From Sporopachydermia quercuum (lineage: Eukaryota): 64,000 nt of DNA. Positions 56,344 to 64,000 of the stretch are shown here, one piece after another. Positions within the stretch are counted from its first letter, which is position 1; each line of letters starts with the position of its first letter. Under the pieces are notes generated by a model. The model was not told the origin of the DNA and made no database searches. It saw only the letters and a program-made list of their open reading frames with translations. The translations under genes were made by a program, and so were the position numbers. The DNA lies in assembly GCA_001599295.1 (NCBI GenBank), contig BCGN01000004.1:438138-502137 (forward strand), given 5' to 3'.

Positions 56344-56561
56344 TCTTATTTGTATATAATAATTGTATGGTTAAGATTCAAATGATTATGTCCTTCTTCC
56401 GAGGTTTTGGGTTCGGACTGGTTCCTAATAGTTCCGAATATATTCGAAACGTATGCAGTAATATGTTATTGTATGCTATGTAAGTGTTCATGCTATGGAA
56501 TTAATGATTGGAAGTTTTCCGAATATTCCGGACATCTCAATTCGGAATTGTGCTTTCAGGT

Positions 56562-58385
56562 TTATGACCTAATCTGATTACTTTTGGACAGCCGAGATTT
56601 CGAACCTTGTTTATTGACTCCCTTAGTATTTCCGACTTTCTCCGGAACATCCGTCACCAGCGAAGGTTTAGAATGCCCGTGAGGTTCCGGAACGTTGGTA
56701 TTTGTGCTTGAAGTCTCGGAATTACTTTCTATTGAAGATGGAGGCAACGGAACACGAGAAATACCCTTCGGAACATAAATTGACCATCGGGAGTCTCTCA
56801 CGGGCAACAACGAGCCAGTTCGGATAGTTTCCCATAACCATTCAACGGAAACTACAGGAATTGACCATGCTACAGCATAGTGGACTTTTTTCGCGTTCCG
56901 TGATGACGCAATCAATAAATCACAATCTTTAGTGAAAACTGTCCTATAAGCACAAGATACTAGAACTGTTTGGAGTAATCTTTCTAAATGAAGTAATTCT
57001 ATTCCATGGAATCCCGACATCCCAATTTTCACTTTGTGTAGTCCGGGGATCAGTCGGTTATCAATAAACTTGCCCCATATATCTAAAGATATCTTTTTAT
57101 AATGTAAAGAGCGTTCAATGAACCATTCTGTAACTATTTCGCAATATTGGGGAAAAGATGTCGGAACGGAATCAAGGTCAATTACTGAATTAAGAACATA
57201 ATAATTAATCGGTGCCCCATTATCGGAGCTAATAACGGAACCACCATGAGATGTAATTACCGCTTTAAGCGTTGCTATTTGCTTTTCCGAGAATCCAAAT
57301 AAGTAGAAAACTTTATCTACGAATATCCCCTGTTGGGAATTAGGCTCAGATGTTGATTTGAAGCTTCTTGTATTAGGTTCAATTAAAACAAGTTGTGTTT
57401 TGGTTGCTTCTCCGATGGTGTTAGAGCGTTTAGACAGTGTTTCTTGGTTATGTCGATTTATTCCATCGAGTTCAGTTTCGATTCCGGTTTTGTCCGACCA
57501 TCGGTTTACCTCGTTTGAGCTGCTATTCAGGTTCTTCCCGGATTTCCCCACAGATTGCATGATATTATTCCAGGTTTCAGATGTTTTAGACATATCTCTG
57601 ACTCTTTTTATTCGTTCCGCAGGTAATTGACCCGGAGTCTCTCCATAATCGGCATCTAATTTCCTTTTTGAAACATCTGAGTTTTTTCCTTTCTCCTCGT
57701 TAAGCTCTGCTAACTGTTCTCGGTAAATCTTCAACTGTTTCCAACATTTACATGCTTTTAGTCCGATTTGTTCAGATGGTAATGATAATATATCATAATA
57801 TTCTTCACCTAAAGTTACATCCCGCTCCACAGATTGCAAAACCCAATCAGGGTGTACAATTGGGATTTTCTGTTGAGCTGCAAATTTCATCCGTTCTGAA
57901 GATCCGCTCCGATCATCAGTAACTAATTCTGTTGTTTCAGATGATATCCTCCTTTCAACTTCTCCTCCGTGTTCTTCAATGAGCTTTCCGAGATTGGAAA
58001 CAGACACGTCATCGGCATTAATTCTCCCGAAAACGACCACAAGTCCTTCAAAGACCCGTAATTTCCCGTATTCTTCCATATCTCGGAATAAATCAACTGT
58101 GTCACCTTGAATCCATCGGTTATGAAACTCATAAAGGAAAGACGGCCGGAGAAAGTTCATATCGTAACGATAACGAACGCTATAATTGTACTTTGGTGTA
58201 TGTCTTTCCCCAACAATGAGAAACTTAATTTCCTGGGTCAAATCGCGATAAAACTCTCCGCCCATTGACTTAATTTTCTTTGCTAATACTTCCATGATTT
58301 CCGTTGGAATGGATGTACAGCAGAATTTATGTCCAAGCAAAGGCTTGTTGGCTCTGTCGATGGCAGAATCGGATTCCTCATTCAT
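56562..58385 (-). CDS. DPB11: Dpb11/Cut5/TopBP1 BRCT-repeat replication/checkpoint scaffold
   Basis: First ATG at 58385. Four BRCT repeats: KPLLGHKFCCTSI...MGG...DLT..LIVG...TPKY, HGG...IVHPDWV, GIF...F...GF...HGG...VTEWFIERS, SGFHGIELLHL...W.IPVVS.EWLW. Confidence 0.85.
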   Translation of the reverse strand: MNEESDSAIDRANKPLLGHKFCCTSIPTEIMEVLAKKIKSMGGEFYRDLTQEIKFLIVGERHTPKYNYSVRYRYDMNFLRPSFLYEFHNRWIQGDTVDLFRDMEEYGKLRVFEGLVVVFGRINADDVSVSNLGKLIEEHGGEVERRISSETTELVTDDRSGSSERMKFAAQQKIPIVHPDWVLQSVERDVTLGEEYYDILSLPSEQIGLKACKCWKQLKIYREQLAELNEEKGKNSDVSKRKLDADYGETPGQLPAERIKRVRDMSKTSETWNNIMQSVGKSGKNLNSSSNEVNRWSDKTGIETELDGINRHNQETLSKRSNTIGEATKTQLVLIEPNTRSFKSTSEPNSQQGIFVDKVFYLFGFSEKQIATLKAVITSHGGSVISSDNGAPINYYVLNSVIDLDSVPTSFPQYCEIVTEWFIERSLHYKKISLDIWGKFIDNRLIPGLHKVKIGMSGFHGIELLHLERLLQTVLVSCAYRTVFTKDCDLLIASSRNAKKVHYAVAWSIPVVSVEWLWETIRTGSLLPVRDSRWSIYVPKGISRVPLPPSSIESNSETSSTNTNVPEPHGHSKPSLVTDVPEKVGNTKGVNKQGSKSRLSKSNQIRS

Positions 58386-58475
58386 TCTGAGTAATATTAT
58401 GATGTTAGAATAAAGTTCGGAACATTGGATCGGGTGCAATATCGGGATCTAATATTCCGCTCGGATGGTAATGGA

Positions 58476-58595
58476 GCGCGTCGAGAAGTTTCGTGTTCGT
58501 TAGTATGTGATATCTACGTAGGTATGTTAACACGAATCACAAATTAGTTTACATCCGCGAGCTCATTTCGTGTTTTAACTTGTGAGAATTTCGTG
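58476..58595 (-). promoter_or_regulatory. G1/S element cluster upstream of DPB11: three CACGAAA (SCB) boxes and one ACGCGC (MCB-like) site
   Basis: TTTCGTG on + at 58489-58495, 58566-58572 and 58589-58595; GCGCGT at 58476-58481. Confidence 0.65.
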
Positions 58596-59212
58596 CAAAT
58601 TTATCAAAATTTCCGATGGTATCGGAAGCAGAGGATAACGGAAGTAAAAGTGGAAGTCGTTCAATAATATGATTCATTGAGGCCGTGATGAATATATGAT
58701 TATATAATATTATATTATCATGATAACATACATAACATGATCATGGTTATGTAATCCTTTTGATTCTTCGTTATGGGGCTCGAGTCTAGGGGGCATCCAT
58801 AAGATTTTCCTATATCATCTTCTCCGGATGATTGGGTTTATAATTATCATTGCCGAAATTTTAACACAAATTCATCAATCGAAGTCTCAGCAAAATCACC
58901 ATCGCATCAATATCAACAATAATCTAATAATGGATCAAGAATCAACGTTGACTTCTCTGTTATATTTTNTNCATATCTAAGAGAAAAATTCTATATAAGG
59001 AAGCTATTGGGGGCCTTAGGGAATTTCTGAAGATTTGAATCACAGATCGTCAAGGTGATAGCCCTAAAAGCTGGAAACGAAAACTAGTCAGGCCGATTGT
59101 AATATATTGTGTTATTCATCAATTTGCTTATTTTACCACATTATCACAACAAGGAATCTAGGGGAATTATTTGAAAATCGAATCATTTATACCTTGAATT
59201 TTTTTTATAGAG

Positions 59213-60466
59213 ATGAAATCTATCAGACAGGAGTATATTTCCAAGGTGAAGTATACTAATGCTTTGCCAGCACCAGTGAATGCCCCTAAACTAGTGAAAG
59301 TACCAATAGATCAAAATGCATTAATTGGTACAAATTTACTTTCATCCATGTTACCAAATCAAGGGTTCCGCAATTTGCTTGAACTTGATAACGAAATTGC
59401 AATGCCTTTGAATCTTCTCAATGATCGAACGATATTTCATTACTATTCTAACGTTGATGATAATACAGGAATTGATCCTCTATCACTTAACTCACCAGCG
59501 TTGGAAGATATCGCATTACATCCAAAAGATAAGGAGTTGCTTTATTTCCCTGGAACTACTAACAGGGCAAGCAAATCATTAGAATCTGTTTCATTTTTAC
59601 GACGAACAGAATATATCTCAGATGTTCGTAATGTAGCAGAACCAGGGTCTGTATCACCAAGTAAACCCAAAGCACCAAAAACTGATATTGAGGAGATGGA
59701 TCCTTATGCGAGACTACAAGCCGTTATCAACACTTTTGAAGAGTCAAATATTGAAGATATATCGAAACTGGTTCATCCAGTGAAGAAGTTGAGTGCTACT
59801 GCTGTTTATCCTATTCTACCGGATGCCAAGATGATGGATTTAACATATTTGTCGATGAAACTTGTACCTAATGCAAACCAATCGGGTAAGGAAGAAAGAT
59901 CGGCCGCTCTGGATCAAGCAGTATTTAGACCAGTTGCTTTAGATACAGACGAATGGATATCTTTATATAAAACTGATGAGAAGAGTGCTGAAACATTAAA
60001 GAGGAAAGCATCTGAATTAGAAGAAGCGCCAATAGAAAATGAAGCAGACGAAACGTATAAATATAGACATATTAAGGATTATGATATGAAATTTACCCAA
60101 CATAATGATCCTTGTGAAGAGATAGCTATCAGTTTTGAAAGCAAAACTGATAAACACGGTAATTCCAATCCAGTTGCCTACTATATTCCTATTAACGGAA
60201 AGATTGAGTTGAAAAGAAGAAGAGTTCATAAACAATTGCTATTATTAGCTCAGCAGCATGATGTTGATGTTATCCAATTAACTCGTCGTGATCCTACTAC
60301 TGAAGAAGTTATTGCAAGAGATAATGCTAGAAGTGCTTATGATCCTGTGAATTTCACTGAGATTCAAGAGATGGAGGAAAAGGATGAAGAAGACGACAAT
60401 GAATTTGAAAATGATAATACGGAGAATGACGATGAGGAAAAGGAGAATGATGAAGATGATGACTAA
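59213..60466 (+). CDS. PAF1: RNA polymerase II-associated factor Paf1
   Basis: RQEYI.KVKY.N.LP.P..PKL, LHPKD..LL, VSFLRRTEYIS, HPVKK, YPILPD, AYYIPI..KIELKRRR, acidic tail. Confidence 0.95.
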   Translation: MKSIRQEYISKVKYTNALPAPVNAPKLVKVPIDQNALIGTNLLSSMLPNQGFRNLLELDNEIAMPLNLLNDRTIFHYYSNVDDNTGIDPLSLNSPALEDIALHPKDKELLYFPGTTNRASKSLESVSFLRRTEYISDVRNVAEPGSVSPSKPKAPKTDIEEMDPYARLQAVINTFEESNIEDISKLVHPVKKLSATAVYPILPDAKMMDLTYLSMKLVPNANQSGKEERSAALDQAVFRPVALDTDEWISLYKTDEKSAETLKRKASELEEAPIENEADETYKYRHIKDYDMKFTQHNDPCEEIAISFESKTDKHGNSNPVAYYIPINGKIELKRRRVHKQLLLLAQQHDVDVIQLTRRDPTTEEVIARDNARSAYDPVNFTEIQEMEEKDEEDDNEFENDNTENDDEEKENDEDDD

Positions 60467-61267
60467 GACTTTTGTATAATAAATATTATTTTAATAGAGT
60501 AAATAATAAGTGGGCAATCAAATCATTATCAACTGTATATGCTGCATGCATATCTGAAAGGAATGAGGTAGAGAATAATCTTAAATATGTAATAATTCGT
60601 AAAAAGGAGATGATCAGTTTTTTCCCTCATTATGATATGACATGACATTCAATAGCTTTCTGACGGTTGATAATAGGTATTTTCATGGTATGTTCAATGC
60701 TCAGCATTAAAACCATAATACTACTGCAATAACTACTCTAATTCACACTAATGTACGTTAATGTAATTACTGAAAATCTAGAAAGTCTCTATTCTCTAGG
60801 GTGTTTTAGATAATAGTACAATTAGGCCATACACATTTGGAATACACGTGAAAGAAATTGATTAATGTAAGTACTCTTCTTAATTTCTGTTGCGGCAGAA
60901 AATACTAAAAATCAACTATGTAATTGATTTAAGTAGCTATCAAGACGATCCAATTGATATAGTAGTGCATGTAACATAATTTGTATTCAGCAGAAACAAC
61001 AATCTGAGTAACTAGAAATTATCAATCTACTTCTTTACATTTTTTTACTTGATAACAGATTGAGTTAATTACTTGAATTAACAGGATTCAAGAATGAGAT
61101 CACTAATAACAGTTAATCCTGATCTTTACCTACAGACTCATGTCTTCCAAACTTTCAATGGATCCTACAAAATTACCTTTTCATTAAAAATCATGTCTTA
61201 AATTAGTTAATGTAACTACTCAAATGTCTTTCAAGACCAAACGAAGTCACCTACCAAAGGGATAAAA

Positions 61268-61984
61268 TTAGATGAGAAGGGCAACGGCACCAGCAATAAA
61301 AGCACCAGCAGCGCCGATAGTTGCTTTCTCAGCACCACCAGTGTAGGTAGGAACATCAGCAGTAGTAGGGGCAGCTTCGGTAGAGCTTGGGGCTTCAGTG
61401 GTTTCAGGAGCTTCGGAAGATGATTCTTCAGCAGGAGCTTCAGAGGTTTCTTCAGCGGGGGCTTCGGTGGATTCTTCAGCTGGTGCTTCAGATGATTCTT
61501 CAGCAGGAGCTTCGGAAGATGATTCTTCGACAGGGGCTTCTGAAGATGTTTCTTCGGCAGGGGCTTCGGTGGTTTCTTCGGCAGGAGCTTCAGAAGATGA
61601 TTCTTCAGCGGGGGCTTCGGAAGATGATTCTTCAGCAGAATCCTCAGTAGCAACTTCATCTTTACAGGTAGTACCAGTAGGATCAGAAGGCAAGTCGCAA
61701 AGAGCAAGAGCGTCTGTCAAATGTGGGAAATAACTGTCGTACAAGCACCAACCGCAGTCTAAACATCCAGGAATCAAACTCATGAATTGAGAGTCGTCAG
61801 CACATAAACAGTCGCTGTCACCAGCACAGTTTCTGGCAGCAATGATAGCATAACCACAGTCAGAATGGCATTGATAACTAGCACTTTGAGGGTTAGCCAT
61901 AGCATCAGCAAAAGGAAGAGGAGCTGGGTTGGCGTTGGCCTTTAAGGCAGCCAAGACTGAAGCGAGAAGGACAGTAGAAAGCAT
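61268..61984 (-). CDS. GPI-anchored cell-wall protein with a Cys-rich N-terminal domain and Glu/Ser/Pro/Ala repeats (possibly Ihd1/Pga36-like)
   Basis: Signal peptide, CHSDCG...C...CLC...CLDCGWCL..C domain, EAPAEESSS repeats, PTYTGGA omega region and hydrophobic C-terminus GAAGAFIAGAVALLI. Confidence 0.8.
   Translation of the reverse strand: MLSTVLLASVLAALKANANPAPLPFADAMANPQSASYQCHSDCGYAIIAARNCAGDSDCLCADDSQFMSLIPGCLDCGWCLYDSYFPHLTDALALCDLPSDPTGTTCKDEVATEDSAEESSSEAPAEESSSEAPAEETTEAPAEETSSEAPVEESSSEAPAEESSEAPAEESTEAPAEETSEAPAEESSSEAPETTEAPSSTEAAPTTADVPTYTGGAEKATIGAAGAFIAGAVALLI
61390..61640 (-). repeat. Coding tandem repeat, about 9 units of 24-27 bp encoding (EAPAEE(S/T)(S/T)S)
   Basis: Repeated gcttc(g/a)g...ttcttc(a/g)gc units on the + strand; boundaries approximate. 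Confidence 0.85.
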
Positions 61985-63479
61985 CTTTACTAAACTATTT
62001 GTATTTGAGGTATCAAGCGAGAGAATTCAATGCTGTTAATCTTGTTAGTTGGTTACTCAATTGACAATTGATATAATAAATTAAACATCTCAATTACTAA
62101 AAGAAAGAAAAAAATATATATATGGGGATATCATCAGTTTAAATAATTCATACAATTATAATCATTTAGGGAGGCTCCTCCCTATCGGGGAAACTTTCCA
62201 TAGTCTGGGCCTCAGGGCCAAACTATGAGAAAAAGTTAATTTTTAAGGGAAAACTAGTTTCATCTAAGATCTGCAGGGAACCAGGCAATCAGGGAATTCG
62301 ATAAACAAAGAAAGCAGTAGGAAAAAGATTAAAGTTGAAAACCTACTAAGGTTTCACTCTGGGTGCTTGTTAAAGTACTACTAGGTGATTCATAGATACT
62401 GGTAATAGTATCTATAGAACTCGAGGTTGAAGAAGGAGAAGACAGTCTACTGTTGATTGATATAGGATTGGAACGATGGTAATGCTAGATGGTGTGAAGA
62501 GCTGACTATTTATAGTAAAGATGAGAAAAAAATTAGGAAGCAAGTTTATTTGACTATTAATTGAATGAATCCTCGAGCAAGTTTCTATGGGATGTATATT
62601 TACGGAGTTAGGCTAGATAGACATGATAGTATCTAGTAGGATGGTCGAATACAAGGCCCCAAGCTATAATGTAGTTGATCGAGCGAAGCAAAAAGAAGTC
62701 GATTGAAAGATGTTGGAATCATATTAGTCAAACTGTACCGCTGTTGCATATTAGGGGTTGACAAGCTTTTGATTATTATAGATCTTTTTTTCTTTTCTCT
62801 TTTCTTCTTTCTTTTTTTGATCAAGAGTCCATATTTTGCCCTTATTATGAAAATTAGGCTAAGAGTATAAAATAAAATCAGAATTAATAGAAGTATGAGA
62901 AGTAGGAAGACTACCTATAAAAGGATTATTTTTTGATGATGATGAAGAAATTAGTTAAAAAAGGCTTAATTAGTAGAAAGAAAAATATGAAAAAGGGATG
63001 AAAGGAATGAATTTATTATGGGGATTTGAGGGAAAAACATAGAAAAGCGGAAGAGAGGAGAGAGAATACCTGGGAAAGATATGAATAGGGGCAGATTATG
63101 GGAAGATTTATCTAAGAAACTTTTGAAAAGGGAAGAAAAAGGCCTGAAATAGCTGGTAATGGCAATTAAGTTGGGATTTAGTGTGATGTAGGGTTAAGGT
63201 TTTCAGACTAATTGGTGATTTAAGTTGATGTAATTACCAACCAGTAGAGTTTAATGACTTTCAATAGTTATCTACTTGATCAGTAGATAATTGCCGAAAA
63301 CTGACTGGGTAATGATGACTCCTAAACAATAATTTAATAGTTCTTGGTTGTTCTCTGTTTTCGGTTGAACGATTCTCTCTTACTGGTATTTAGACTGTAA
63401 CAGAATGTGCTCAGTTGAATCCAGCTTTCATCCCCCAGGTTATTGTTACATACAAAGTATATGACTGTAGAACCAAGCT

Positions 63480-63505
63480 CAAAGAACAAAGAACAAAGAA
63501 CAAAG
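63480..63505 (+). repeat. 7-bp tandem repeat (CAAAGAA)x3.7
   Basis: Read directly. Confidence 0.8.
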
Positions 63506-64000
63506 TTTAAGGGTTTTCAAATATTCCAGACTTTCGATTATTTAGGGAAGTCTAAGTTGCTGGTTATCTCTAGGGAGTCAAAGCAATAAATTTATGAGGA
63601 ATTGGTGATGAAGTCAAACAACGTTTTTTTAATTCACTACATAGTTATTTTGAAACTTCTTCCTAGCAACTACAACTCATATTCAATAAATGATTAGTTT
63701 CACAATAAACCTATGCGTTTATGATTAATGACTCCGTATAGAAGGTAAGTCCAGAGAGAGAAGGAAAACCATACATGGTAAATAGGGATAGTTTTAAGGT
63801 TTGCTTGATCCTAAAATAGCCGTATGGGTTAACCACTACGTCCGGGATTATACCATTCTAAGATAATCTACTCGTAAATTACATTTTTCTAGCTTTCTCA
63901 AAACAATGTATAAAGCGCTAAAGGGCCTCTTGTTATAAAATCAATTGGAATCATACCGATGCTAGTTAGACAATGAATAGCAGCTGAATGACTTCTAACA

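Noticed and set aside
58690..58755. AT-rich palindromes (also at 26043-26062 and 2000-2011)
   Set aside because: Low-complexity AT-rich sequence makes such palindromes common

Overview
Eukaryotic, AT-rich budding-yeast (Saccharomycotina-like) chromosomal DNA. The genome encodes respiratory complex I, reads CTG as Leu, and has short spliceosomal introns with GT(A/G)(A/T)GT donors, a TACTAAC branch point and a YAG acceptor. Fourteen protein-coding genes are supported: an ACSF3/MatB-like malonyl-CoA synthetase (2 introns, runs off the window start), a GH17 Scw4/Mp65-like glucanase, a MedA/ACON-3-like regulator, a DHA1 MFS transporter, complex I subunit NDUFB7 (1 intron), a GATA factor (1 intron), dynein heavy chain, SRO7/77, a divergent Sgt2-like TPR protein, TRM732/THADA, CFT2, DPB11, PAF1 and a Cys-rich GPI cell-wall protein. 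I found no tRNA, rRNA, CRISPR array or intact transposon. The most unusual signal is three sharply bounded kb-scale domains strongly enriched in CCGA/TCGG/CCGG words. They ignore strand and gene boundaries, extend into intergenic DNA, and one starts in the middle of CFT2. Other leads are a TPR protein carrying its own Hsp104-like C-terminal DDLD motif, a candidate 3'-UTR intron, a Dpb11 with an apparently missing Mec1-activation tail, three SCB boxes upstream of DPB11, dipeptide pro-peptides on two secreted proteins, and a cluster of N bases that suggests a heterozygous tract. All family calls come from motif recognition by eye; no database searches were run.
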